Below are positions 40,899-49,580 of a stretch of 64,000 bases of DNA, in pieces (the stretch's first letter is position 1; the number at the start of each line of letters is the position of its first letter). The notes under the pieces were generated by a model. It saw nothing but the letters and a program-made list of their open reading frames with translations. It ran no database searches and was not told the DNA's origin. Origin of the DNA: Gemmatimonadales bacterium (GTDB lineage Bacteria > Gemmatimonadota > Gemmatimonadetes > Gemmatimonadales > GWC2-71-9); contig DATAOI010000102.1 of NCBI GenBank assembly GCA_036265815.1, positions 45,194 through 109,193 on the forward strand, given 5' to 3'. The translations under genes and the position numbers were made by a program.

Positions 40899-41968
40899 TC
40901 AGCCGGCTGGTGCACGTCGCCTCGGGGCGTGAGTGGCGGGGCGGACAACGGCAGGTGTGGCTGCTCGCACGCGAGCTCGCGCGGGCCGGCGTGAGGGAGC
41001 AAGTCGTGATCACCACCGCCGGCTCCGAGCTCGCCCGCAGGGTGGCGGACGCCGGCATTCGGGTGCGGGAGGTGCGATGGATCTCCGGAGTCGACCCACG
41101 CGCGTTTCCCGCCGTGCTGGCCGAGGTCCGGCACCGGCCCGTGATTCTCCACGCGCACGACGCCCACGCGCTCACGGTCGCGGGCATCTGCGCGGTACTG
41201 ACCCATCAGCCGCTGGTGGTGACTCGGCGGGTAGTGTTCCGCCTGCGGCGCACTGGCCTGTGGCGACGGGCCGACCGAGTGGTCGCGATCTCACGTGCAG
41301 TGGCTGACACGCTCGCTGCCGATGGAATCGATCCCGGCCGGGTGAGCATCGTGCCCTCGGGAGTCGCCCTCGAGGACCTGGCTGGCGTGACCCCGCTCGG
41401 CGTGCGGCGGTTCCTCGGACTGCCCGATACTGCGACGGTTGCCGTGAACGTGGCGACATTGAGCGGTGAAAAGGATCACGTCACGCTGCTCCGGGCCGCT
41501 CACCGGCTGGCCGGTCGTCTGCCGGATCTCCATTGGATCATCGCGGGCAGCGGACCGCTGCGACGGGAGCTCGAGCGCGTGCGCTCCGAGCTTGGCCTGG
41601 TGGACCGGGTGCACTTCCTCGGCCACCTGAAGGAACCTGCAGCACTCATCGCCGACGCCGATCTCTTCGTCATGAGCTCTCGGGAAGAAGGCCTGGGCAC
41701 CTCGGTGCTCGATGCCATGGCCCTTGGCATCCCGGTTGCATCCACCTCCGCGGGCGGTCTCCCGGAGATGGTAGGCGAAGGGGCCGGCCTGCTGGTGCCC
41801 GCGGGAGACGCGGAGGCTCTGGCGGCAGCAGTCGAGTGTCTGGTGAAGGACTCCGCGTGCCGGGCCGCGTGCGTCGCACGAGCCCGCCAGGTCGTGCACC
41901 GTTTCACCGCGGCGCGCATGGCAGACGGCATGGCTTCGGTGTATCGTTCCTGTGCCCCATTTCCTTGA
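40895..41968 (+). CDS. Glycosyltransferase family 4 (GT-B)
   Basis: 357 aa. Reads GGQRQVWLLARELARAG and the EX7E region SSREEGLGTSVLDAMALGIPVASTSAGGLPEMV. GTGA overlap with the kinase gene. Confidence 0.85.
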   Translation: MISRLVHVASGREWRGGQRQVWLLARELARAGVREQVVITTAGSELARRVADAGIRVREVRWISGVDPRAFPAVLAEVRHRPVILHAHDAHALTVAGICAVLTHQPLVVTRRVVFRLRRTGLWRRADRVVAISRAVADTLAADGIDPGRVSIVPSGVALEDLAGVTPLGVRRFLGLPDTATVAVNVATLSGEKDHVTLLRAAHRLAGRLPDLHWIIAGSGPLRRELERVRSELGLVDRVHFLGHLKEPAALIADADLFVMSSREEGLGTSVLDAMALGIPVASTSAGGLPEMVGEGAGLLVPAGDAEALAAAVECLVKDSACRAACVARARQVVHRFTAARMADGMASVYRSCAPFP

Positions 41969-41974
41969 CGGCTC

Positions 41975-42766
41975 ATGATTTACGTTTGCATACCGAGTTA
42001 CAATGAAGCCCCGACCGTGGGGCTTCTGCTCTGGAAGGTGCGGCAGGTGTTCGCCAGCTTCCCACGCGAATATCAGCTCCTCGTTCTGGACGATGGATCG
42101 AGCGATCAGACGGCCGAGGTCCTCGAGCCGTACACCCGCGTCCTCCCGCTCAGCGTGATCCGCCAGCCGGAGCGGCTGGGCTACGCCGCGTCCGTAGAAG
42201 CGCTGCTGCGGAGAGCAGTCGAGCTGACCGATCGGCCCAAGCGGGATGCCGCGATCCTCATGCATGCCGACTTCGCCCACAACACCCAGACGATTCCGGA
42301 CCTGGTTCGGCGGATCGAGAGCGGTGCCGACCTGGTCGTGGCCCAGGCCAAGCTCGAGGGCGAGCCGGCACGGAGCCAGCATTGGCTCCGGCGCTACGCG
42401 CCAGCGCTGCTCCGGGGCGTCGTCTCGGTGCCTGGGGTAACCGATCTGGTCTCGGGCTTCGCCATCTTCCGGCTGGTAACGCTGCGGAACGCGATTCGCA
42501 GCCAGGCGGGACGCCTCCTGGTGACGGACGGCTGGACGGCCAACGCCGAGCTCTACTGGCGCGCGGCACGGTACGCCAGACGGATCGAGGCCGTGACCTC
42601 GGTCGAGCGGCACGATCTCCGGAGCCGGCCGACACGAGTGCATCCGTGGGAAACGGTCGCGGCCATCTGGAGCTGCCGGCGCGCGCTGCGGGATACGCCC
42701 GTGGCGCCGTCCGCCCCGGAGCCGTCGAACCGGCGGCAGGAGCCCCAGGCGGAGGTGGTCTCGTGA
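41975..42766 (+). CDS. Glycosyltransferase family 2 (polyprenyl-phosphate sugar synthase-like)
   Basis: 263 aa. Reads CIPSYNEAPTVG, LVLDDGSSDQT and HADFAH. Confidence 0.8.
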   Translation: MIYVCIPSYNEAPTVGLLLWKVRQVFASFPREYQLLVLDDGSSDQTAEVLEPYTRVLPLSVIRQPERLGYAASVEALLRRAVELTDRPKRDAAILMHADFAHNTQTIPDLVRRIESGADLVVAQAKLEGEPARSQHWLRRYAPALLRGVVSVPGVTDLVSGFAIFRLVTLRNAIRSQAGRLLVTDGWTANAELYWRAARYARRIEAVTSVERHDLRSRPTRVHPWETVAAIWSCRRALRDTPVAPSAPEPSNRRQEPQAEVVS

Positions 42767-43515
42767 TCCGAAGCCTGATGCTCGCCTTGGCACTGCAGCA
42801 GGATGCGCACCCGGTCCGGCCAGCCCCGTCGTACCCGTTCGCTGTTGGCGAGACCCTGACCTACAGCGCCAAGCTCGGGCTCCTGACCCTGGGCTCGGGC
42901 ACGCTCCAGGTGGCGGCGCTCGATTCGATTCGAGGTGCGGAGGCCTTCCGCTTTCGGTTCCGCCTGCAGGGCAGGACCGTCTTCTATTCCCTGGACGATG
43001 TGCTCGAGTCCTGGGTCGGCACTCAGGACTTCAACTCCCGGCGCTTCGTGCAGGACTTCGTGGAGAACGACAAGCCCATCCATCGGTACTTCGAGATCTA
43101 TCCCGACTCCGGCTTCTTCCGCGAGCGGGGCCGCGATCAGGCTCAGCCGAGCCCGCCAGATCCGCTGGACGATACGGCCTTCTTCTATTTCGTGCGGATC
43201 ACGCCGCTGGAGGTGGGAAAGAAGTACGTCTTCCAACGGTACTTCAGGAAAGAGAAGAATCCGGTCACGATTGAGGTGGTGAAGCGGGAGAAGATGGAGC
43301 TGCCCGGCGGCAAGGAGGTCGACTGCCTGGTGCTGCATCCGGTCATCGACACCAAAGGAATGTTCTCCAAGCGCTCCGATACCCGGATCTGGCTGACGGA
43401 CGACGCGCGCCGCCTGCCGGTGCAGATCCGCAGCAAGTTCCCGTTCGGGACCATTACCCTGCGGCTCAAGGACATGGTTCTGCCGCCGATGCCCACCGCC
43501 GCCGCGGGGAAGTAG
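42763..43515 (+). CDS. DUF3108-like protein
   Basis: GTG 42763 is in frame in track ORF 42382..43515 and overlaps the GT2 stop (GTGA). Reads FAVGETLTYSAKLGLLTLGSGTLQV...WLTDDARRLPVQIRSKFPFGTITLRL. Confidence 0.65.
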   Translation: MIRSLMLALALQQDAHPVRPAPSYPFAVGETLTYSAKLGLLTLGSGTLQVAALDSIRGAEAFRFRFRLQGRTVFYSLDDVLESWVGTQDFNSRRFVQDFVENDKPIHRYFEIYPDSGFFRERGRDQAQPSPPDPLDDTAFFYFVRITPLEVGKKYVFQRYFRKEKNPVTIEVVKREKMELPGGKEVDCLVLHPVIDTKGMFSKRSDTRIWLTDDARRLPVQIRSKFPFGTITLRLKDMVLPPMPTAAAGK

Positions 43516-44471
43516 TGCCCTATCGCGAGGCTGACCTCAGCCGGGTGAGCACGGTGCCGGTCGCGGGCCGCCGGAACAAGGTCGACGCCTCGCTTCTCGC
43601 CAGCCCACCCGATCGCGACCGCTCGTTCGCGGCTTTCCTCTCCAGCCTGCCCGACATCCTCGCCGCCAAAGACCTCCGGGCCGTGATCGACGGCGTGGCC
43701 TCGGCCGCGCGGGCCGACCGCGGGGTCGTACTCCTGATCGGGGGGCACGTCATCAAGGTGGGACTCGGACCGCTCATCAATTCCCTGCTGGCCCGGGGGG
43801 TGGTGACTCACCTGGCCATGAACGGCGCCGCTGCCATCCACGACTTCGAGCTCGCGGCCTACGGCGGAACCAGCGAGGACGTGGAGAGCGGACTCTCGGA
43901 CGGGAGCTTCGGGATGGCCGAGGAGACCGGCGCCGAGATGAATGCGGCCGTGGCGGCCGCGGCAGAGGACGGTCAGGGCATGGGCGAGGGTTTGGCGGCA
44001 GCGCTCGCCGGGCGAGCCACTCTGCCTGGCGGGGACCACTCCGTCCTGCTGGCTGCGCGGCGCTACGACGTGCCCGTCACGGTGCACACCGCCATCGGGG
44101 CCGAGATCATCCATCAGCACCCCTCGGCCGACGGCGCGTCCCTGGGGGCCACCAGCCACCGGGATTTCCGGCGGCTGGCCGCGTCACTGCCTGCGCTGGA
44201 TCGGGGTGGCGCGGTGCTCAACTGGGGAAGCGCCGTCCTGCTGCCCGAGGTGTTCCTCAAGGCGTTGACCATCGCGAGGAATCTGGAGAGCGGCCGGCCG
44301 ACTCATTTCCTGGCGGCGGACTTCGACATGCAGCGGCACTACCGCCCCCGGCTCAACGTGGTGCAGCGTCCGACCCGAGAAGGTGGCGTGGGCTACCTGC
44401 TCACCGGCCACCACGAGCTCCTGGTGCCGATGTTCGTCTGGGGGGTGTTGGAGGCGCTGGAGGGGGGGTGA
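43515..44471 (+). CDS. Hypothetical protein, possibly a deoxyhypusine-synthase-like fold
   Basis: 318 aa. GTG shares 1 nt with the upstream TAG. LLIGGHVIKVGLGPLINSLLARGVVTHLAMNGAAAIHDFE resembles the nucleotide-binding core of the DS family. This is a weak call from memory. Confidence 0.35.
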   Translation: MPYREADLSRVSTVPVAGRRNKVDASLLASPPDRDRSFAAFLSSLPDILAAKDLRAVIDGVASAARADRGVVLLIGGHVIKVGLGPLINSLLARGVVTHLAMNGAAAIHDFELAAYGGTSEDVESGLSDGSFGMAEETGAEMNAAVAAAAEDGQGMGEGLAAALAGRATLPGGDHSVLLAARRYDVPVTVHTAIGAEIIHQHPSADGASLGATSHRDFRRLAASLPALDRGGAVLNWGSAVLLPEVFLKALTIARNLESGRPTHFLAADFDMQRHYRPRLNVVQRPTREGGVGYLLTGHHELLVPMFVWGVLEALEGG

Positions 44472-44520
44472 AGTGAATTATTGCTCGCCGACGCTCTTCG
44501 GGATGTCAGCATGCAGCAGA

Positions 44521-44563
44521 CGCGACGGGTGCACCCGGGCTCTCGCCGAATGCACCCGTCGCG
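44521..44563. terminator. Strong GC-rich hairpin between convergent genes (candidate bidirectional terminator without a U-tract)
   Basis: CGCGACGGGTGCA (44521-44533) pairs perfectly with TGCACCCGTCGCG (44551-44563). 13-bp stem and 17-nt loop. Confidence 0.45.
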
Positions 44564-44591
44564 CTGGACCTGCCGCCGGTACCCCGCAGAC

Positions 44592-44786
44592 TCAAATCGA
44601 GGGATGCCCCACGATCATCTCCCGGACCCGAGCCGCCGTGTCCGGGGCGACGATCTTGAGGATGAGGTAGATCAGGAACCCGACGAAGGCGAACCAGAGA
44701 ATCGCCCCCAGGAGGCCGAAGAACACCTTCAGCAAAAAGATCGCGAGTACGGCGAAGATCGCGAACCCAAGCAGTTTCCGGATCAT
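44592..44786 (-). CDS. Small two-TM membrane protein
   Basis: ATG 44786 in track ORF 44592..44837. Product MIRKLLGFAIFAVLAIFLLKVFFGLLGAILWFAFVGFLIYLILKIV (64 aa). Confidence 0.55.
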   Translation of the reverse strand: MIRKLLGFAIFAVLAIFLLKVFFGLLGAILWFAFVGFLIYLILKIVAPDTAARVREMIVGHPSI

Positions 44787-44857
44787 ACTAAGTTCCTCAG
44801 GTAGCGGGTCAGAGCGCCTTACGCCCGGACGTTCCAAAAAGATTCATAGGAATATAA

Positions 44858-45964
44858 GTGACTGCGACCTCCGATGTTATCGTGGTCGGTGCCGGGCCGA
44901 TCGGCGCGGCCTGCGCCCGGGAGCTGGCCCTGGCCGGCGGCCGTGTTCTCCTGCTCGACCCCGGCGGCGAGCGGGGCCAGGCCTGGCACGCCGCGGCCGG
45001 AATGCTCGCGCCGCAGATCGAGACGGGCGAGGATGACCCCCTGCTCCCCTTAGGCCTCGCCGGTCGTGACCTGTACCCCAGCCTCGCCGCGGCGCTCCAG
45101 GAGACAACCGGTGTCGACATCGGACTCTGGCAGGAAGGCATCGCCTGGGCGGCCGCCACCGAGACCGAGGCCGGCGAGCTCAAATCGAAGGTAGCGTCAC
45201 AGCGCCAGCGGGGACACCTCTCCGACTGGCTCGATGCGGACGAGGTCCGTGTCCGATGGCAGTGGCTGGGACCCACCTCGGGTGCCCTCTGGGCGCCGAG
45301 GGAGGGCGCGCTCGAGCCGGTGAAGCTGGTGCAGGCTCTGTTGGCCGACGCGGAGCAGCACGGCGCCCGGATCGTCCAGGACGAGGCCATCGCCCTGGCG
45401 CAGCATGGGGATCGTGTGGTCGGCGTGACGGGAAGAGCCGAGCGATATGCCGCAGCCAACGTAGTGATCGCGGCGGGCGCCTGGTCCGGCGGCATCTCCG
45501 GCCTGCCCCGCCCGCTCTCGGTGGCTCCGGTGCGGGGACAGATGGCCGCGTTTCCCTGGCCGCGGGCCACCCGCCGCGCGATCATCTATGGTCACGGGAC
45601 CTACCTGCTGACGCGCGGGAGCGAGGCGATCGCTGGGTCGACCATGGAGTACGTCGGATTCCGTCCGGAGGTCACTCCCACTGGCCTGGACCACTTGTTC
45701 GCCGGCGTGACCGCGCTCTATCCCGGGCTGGATCGTGCAGAGGTAAGTCGGACGTGGGCCGGGCTCCGGCCAATGACGCCCGATGGACTGCCGATCATCG
45801 GAGCGGAGCCGCGCCTCTCCGGGCTCTGGTATAGCACCGGCCACGGCCGGAACGGCATCCTGCTCGCCGGAATCACCGGTCTCATCATCCGCCAACTCCT
45901 GGCGGGCGAGCAGGCGGTGGAGGACCTGAGCCCTTTCTCACCCGCCCGATTCTGGAACTGGTGA
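44858..45964 (+). CDS. FAD-dependent oxidoreductase, glycine oxidase (ThiO)/DAO family
   Basis: 368 aa. VIVVGAGPIGAACARELALAGGRVLLLD, AAGMLAPQ, and C-terminal TGHGRNGILLA. No thiS/thiG genes or riboswitch nearby, so the ThiO role is not assured. Confidence 0.7.
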   Translation: MTATSDVIVVGAGPIGAACARELALAGGRVLLLDPGGERGQAWHAAAGMLAPQIETGEDDPLLPLGLAGRDLYPSLAAALQETTGVDIGLWQEGIAWAAATETEAGELKSKVASQRQRGHLSDWLDADEVRVRWQWLGPTSGALWAPREGALEPVKLVQALLADAEQHGARIVQDEAIALAQHGDRVVGVTGRAERYAAANVVIAAGAWSGGISGLPRPLSVAPVRGQMAAFPWPRATRRAIIYGHGTYLLTRGSEAIAGSTMEYVGFRPEVTPTGLDHLFAGVTALYPGLDRAEVSRTWAGLRPMTPDGLPIIGAEPRLSGLWYSTGHGRNGILLAGITGLIIRQLLAGEQAVEDLSPFSPARFWNW

Positions 45965-46233
45965 AGAACCGGTGAAGAAGAGGAGTCGCCGACCACCGTT
46001 CTCCAGAGGTCAGTAGAGCAGTAGAACGAACCTGCACCCTCGTGAGCCCGACGGCCGGCGACCGGATCCTCGCCCCTCTCCCCCCTGTCCCCATCTACGC
46101 CGTCCCGCCTGCCACTGGATGTGTCTCGCCCGCCGGTGCTCCGCATAGATCCAATCGGCCAGCCCCCGCGTACACCGGGTCACTGGGACAGGCGTCGACC
46201 TGCCCGTGTTGCATCCCCCGGCTAAGGAGAAGC

Positions 46234-46986
46234 ATGGCCATGCAATGGAGACCGACCACACGCCGTCGGGCGCTCGTCGCGAGTCTCGTGGCGCTCGCCG
46301 GCGCCGCCGGCACGACGGCACTCGTGATGGCGTCCGATCACCAGGACACTCCGTTTACCGAGCTCAACGCGAAGTCCGACATGACCGATGTCTACGCGTT
46401 CCCCGGTGGGTCGGAGGGGCGGATCGTCCTGGCGATGGATACCCGGGCGTTTCTCACCCCGGCGCAGGCGACCGACCCGACCGAAGCTTCGTTCGATCAC
46501 AATCTGCTCTACCAATTCAAGATCGATAACAACGGGGACGCGAAGGAGGACAAGGTCATCCAGGTGTCCTTCACCGGGGAAGGAGCCGACCAGAAAGTCG
46601 AGGTGCGCGGCCCGATGACTCCGCCCGTGCAAGGCGCCATGGAGAACCAGATTGCCGACGCGACTCCGGTCGTCACCGGCGCACTCGGCAGCACCCTCGG
46701 CGACGCCGGCGGCATTCAGGTCTTCGCCGGCCCGCGCGATGACCCGTTCTTCCTCGATCTCGAGGCGTTCTTCTGCATTCTCCCGGACCGCCGGCCGGTG
46801 GAGGGTGATTTCGCCAAGCCCTGCGCCCTCGAGCCCAACGGCCAGGCTCCGTTCTACTTCCGGAACCCCGGCGTGGATTATCTGGACGGATTCAACGTCA
46901 ACTCGATCGTGATCGAGCTGCCGAGCTCGATGCTGGAGAACGGCACCCCTGGCAGGCTCGGCATCTGGGGCACCATCAGTCAGTGA
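46234..46986 (+). CDS. DUF4331-like exported protein, N-terminal-half type, with a twin-arginine-like signal
   Basis: ATG 46234 is preceded by AAGGAGA. MAMQWRPTTRRRALVASLVALAGAAGTTALVMA is followed immediately by SDHQDTP. Also DMTDVYAF, the acidic loop FKIDNNGDAKEDKV, and GPRDDPFFLDL. Confidence 0.7.
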   Translation: MAMQWRPTTRRRALVASLVALAGAAGTTALVMASDHQDTPFTELNAKSDMTDVYAFPGGSEGRIVLAMDTRAFLTPAQATDPTEASFDHNLLYQFKIDNNGDAKEDKVIQVSFTGEGADQKVEVRGPMTPPVQGAMENQIADATPVVTGALGSTLGDAGGIQVFAGPRDDPFFLDLEAFFCILPDRRPVEGDFAKPCALEPNGQAPFYFRNPGVDYLDGFNVNSIVIELPSSMLENGTPGRLGIWGTISQ

Positions 46987-47021
46987 TCACCCACGCGACC
47001 CGAATGGAAAGGGACGGAACC

Positions 47022-47585
47022 ATGCAGCTCAGCACTTTCGGCCTCCGCGTGCGTCGTCTGGCGCTCGCCGCGGCTGCCGCGGCATTGACCCTGGCCGCCG
47101 CCGGTTGCAGCGACGACGGCAATACCGGGCCGGCCACACCGCGCATGTTCAACCAGGTCCAACGCCTCGGCAACCCGCTGGTGAGCGAGGTGCTCCTGTC
47201 GAAGCGCAGCCATGCCACCCACGGCACCATCGGTCCCGACGAAGATGGCACCCTGGTGGCGCCCGAAGTCGTCGACTTCCTGACCACCGTGGCCGGACGC
47301 GATCCAGCATACATCAACGCCATCGCTCCGGCGCTGATTCCGGACATGTTGATCGTGGATACCAGTAAGGATCCATCCACGGCCACCTGGCTCTCCACCA
47401 CGCTCTCGGCCGGTTGGGGTGGCCGCAAGCTGCAGGACGATGTGGTGGATCTGGCGCTCACCGCGGTGTTCGGCTCGGCCTTGGGCGATGCGGCCCACGC
47501 CACGCCGCAGCTCACCACCGACAATCTCGCCTTCGACTCGCCCGCAGTCACCACCAGCTTCCCCTATCTCGCGCCGCCCAACTGA
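47022..47585 (+). CDS. DUF4331-like lipoprotein, C-terminal-half type
   Basis: ATG 47022 in track ORF 46983..47585. Lipobox LTLAAAGC. Motifs QRLGNPLVSEVLL, GWGGRKLQDDVVDLALT, and terminal FPYLAPPN. Confidence 0.65.
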   Translation: MQLSTFGLRVRRLALAAAAAALTLAAAGCSDDGNTGPATPRMFNQVQRLGNPLVSEVLLSKRSHATHGTIGPDEDGTLVAPEVVDFLTTVAGRDPAYINAIAPALIPDMLIVDTSKDPSTATWLSTTLSAGWGGRKLQDDVVDLALTAVFGSALGDAAHATPQLTTDNLAFDSPAVTTSFPYLAPPN

Positions 47586-47597
47586 CACCGCGCGACG

Positions 47598-47625
47598 CTC
47601 CGGCCGCCGCACCTGGCGGCCGGAG
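47598..47625 (+). terminator. Intra-operon GC hairpin (candidate attenuator or mRNA-stabilising stem)
   Basis: CTCCGGCCGCC gcacct GGCGGCCGGAG: a perfect 11-bp stem 13 nt after the stop at 47585 and 30 nt before the next start. No U-tract. Confidence 0.4.
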
Positions 47626-47654
47626 ACCCGCGTTGACGAGGAGAGAGAATCAGC

Positions 47655-48962
47655 ATGAGCAAGCTGCTGCAAGGCGTCGGAGGTGCCCTGGCGGTTCTTG
47701 GACTGGTGGCGGGCGGAGCCTCCGTGGCGCATTCGGGCAATTCATCGCGAGCGACTCGGGCGGCGTCACCCTCCCCGGCCTCGATCCGAGACATGGACAT
47801 CGCGTTCTACCAGAGGCGGGTGGAGCGCGACCGGTTCAGCGCCCGGGATTTCGCTCAGCTCGGGGGACTCTATCTCCAGAGAGCACGCGAGTCCGCCGAC
47901 AATGAGGATCTGGTGCGCGCGGAGGCGAATGCCCGGCACTCGCTCCGCCTTCGCACCAGCCGGAACGGCGCCGCGATCGGAGTGCTCGCCAGCAGTCTCC
48001 TGTCCCAGCATCGGTTCGTCGAGGCGCTCGGCGCGGCCCGCCGCCTCGTGGAGCTGGACTCCACGTCGGTCGGCGCGCGCGGGTTGCTTGCCGAGACCGA
48101 GCTGGAGCTCGGCCATTACGATGACGCGGGTCGGATGTTTGGTACTCTGGCGACGTATCGCACCGACCTGAGCGTCGCGCCCCGGCTTGCCCGGTGGGAG
48201 GAGCTGCACGGCCGGCCTGAGGAGGCGCGCCGGCTGCTCCGGACGGCGCGCGACGAGGCCGAACGGCGACACGGCCTGCCGCGAGAGCAGCTCGCGTGGC
48301 TGCACCTCAGGCTGGGCGATCTGGCCCTTCGGAACGGTCATCTGGGCGAGGCGGAGGACGAGCTCCGGGTGGGACTCGAGGTCTCGCCTGGGGACTACCG
48401 CCTGCTCGGCACCATGGCCCGGCTGGAAGCGGTGCGGCACCGCTGGGAATCGGCCATCCGGTATGGGGAAGACGCCATCGGGCAGGCGCTCGACCCGGCC
48501 ACCCTAGGCGTGATCGGCGATGCGTATGCCGCCCGCGGTGACAGCGCGAAGGCAGGCGAGTACTACCACACGATGGAAGTCGCGGTGCTGCATCAGCCCG
48601 GGCCGTTCCACCGGGCCTGGAGTCTCTTCCTGCTCGACCACCAGCGGGATGTGCCCCACGTGCTCGCCAAGGTATCGGCCGAGCTCGAGACCCGGCGCGA
48701 CATCTACGGATACGACCTCGTCGCCTGGGCGCTCCACCACTCCGGACGCGACGCCGAGGCGGCGCCCGCGATCGAGCGCGCGCTGGCGCTCGGGAGCCGG
48801 GACGCGATGCTGTTCTTCCATGCCGGGATGATCGAGCGCGCCTTGGGTCACGACGAAACAGCCAGGAGCTACCTGGAGAGAGCGCTCCAGACCAATCCCT
48901 ACTGGCATCCCTACCAGCCGGTCGAGGCTCGGGCGGTGCTCGACTCGCTGCGCGCGCACTAG
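47655..48962 (+). CDS. Membrane-anchored tetratricopeptide-repeat protein
   Basis: 435 aa. [15 protein letters not shown]-terminal anchor GGALAVLGLVAGGASVA. Repeated TPR-like helices (LELGHYDDAGRMF..., LRNGHLGEAEDELRVGLEVSPGDY..., ERALGHDETARSYLERALQTNPY). Confidence 0.75.
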   Translation: MSKLLQGVGGALAVLGLVAGGASVAHSGNSSRATRAASPSPASIRDMDIAFYQRRVERDRFSARDFAQLGGLYLQRARESADNEDLVRAEANARHSLRLRTSRNGAAIGVLASSLLSQHRFVEALGAARRLVELDSTSVGARGLLAETELELGHYDDAGRMFGTLATYRTDLSVAPRLARWEELHGRPEEARRLLRTARDEAERRHGLPREQLAWLHLRLGDLALRNGHLGEAEDELRVGLEVSPGDYRLLGTMARLEAVRHRWESAIRYGEDAIGQALDPATLGVIGDAYAARGDSAKAGEYYHTMEVAVLHQPGPFHRAWSLFLLDHQRDVPHVLAKVSAELETRRDIYGYDLVAWALHHSGRDAEAAPAIERALALGSRDAMLFFHAGMIERALGHDETARSYLERALQTNPYWHPYQPVEARAVLDSLRAH

Positions 48963-48970
48963 GAGAACCG

Positions 48971-49576
48971 ATGTCCGAGCTCTTCGTCTTCGTCCATCTC
49001 GGCTTCCGCCACATCACCGATCCGGCGGCGCTGGACCACATCCTCTTCCTGCTGGCCCTGGCCGCCATCTATCGCGGCCGCGACTGGCGGGACAGCCTCT
49101 GGGTGATCACGGCCTTCACCCTGGGTCACTCCATCACGCTGGCGCTGGCGGTGACGGGCGCACTGCGGCTGCCAACCCCGCTGATCGAGTTTCTCATCCC
49201 GCTCACCATCGTGGCCACGGGAGTCGAGAACATTTTGGTGCGGCACCGGGCCCAGGCGCCGCTCCGAGGCCGATACCGCCCGGTCTTCGCGGGGGGCTTC
49301 GGGCTGGTGCACGGGGCCGGGTTCGCCAACTACCTGCGCAGCCTGTTCACCGGCTCGATCGCCATTCCCCTGTTCGGGTTCAACGCCGGGATCGAGTTGG
49401 GCCAACTCATCGTGCTGGCCATCGCGGGCCTCGGGCTCGCCGGACTCGACGGAGTCATCGCCCGGCTCCGCCTGCCCGGCGACAGGCCCTCGTCGCACCG
49501 GCTGCGGGTCGTGGCAGTCTCGACCGTCGTCGTCTTGGTGGCGGCGCAGATGGCCGTCGCTCGCCGACCGTGGTAA
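48971..49576 (+). CDS. HupE/UreJ-family membrane protein (putative metal-cation channel or transporter)
   Basis: 201 aa. RBS AGGAGA. HLGFRHITDPAALDHILFLLAL (H...DH motif), FTLGHSITLA and about 6 TM spans. Confidence 0.75.
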   Translation: MSELFVFVHLGFRHITDPAALDHILFLLALAAIYRGRDWRDSLWVITAFTLGHSITLALAVTGALRLPTPLIEFLIPLTIVATGVENILVRHRAQAPLRGRYRPVFAGGFGLVHGAGFANYLRSLFTGSIAIPLFGFNAGIELGQLIVLAIAGLGLAGLDGVIARLRLPGDRPSSHRLRVVAVSTVVVLVAAQMAVARRPW

Positions 49577-49580
49577 CCGG

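Noticed and set aside
44787-44857. TPP riboswitch upstream of the ThiO-like gene
   Set aside because: The gap is only 71 nt, AT-rich, and has none of the conserved CUGAGA or ACCUGA elements. The gene is also not linked to thiS/thiG.
45965-46233. ECF-type promoter (GGAAC-N16-CGT) upstream of the DUF4331 module. A sigma-70-like TGGACG-15 nt-TAGACT pair at 50064-50090 upstream of the sigma gene was also considered.
   Set aside because: Only partial matches with off-consensus spacing were found. This is not strong enough to report as features without start-site data.
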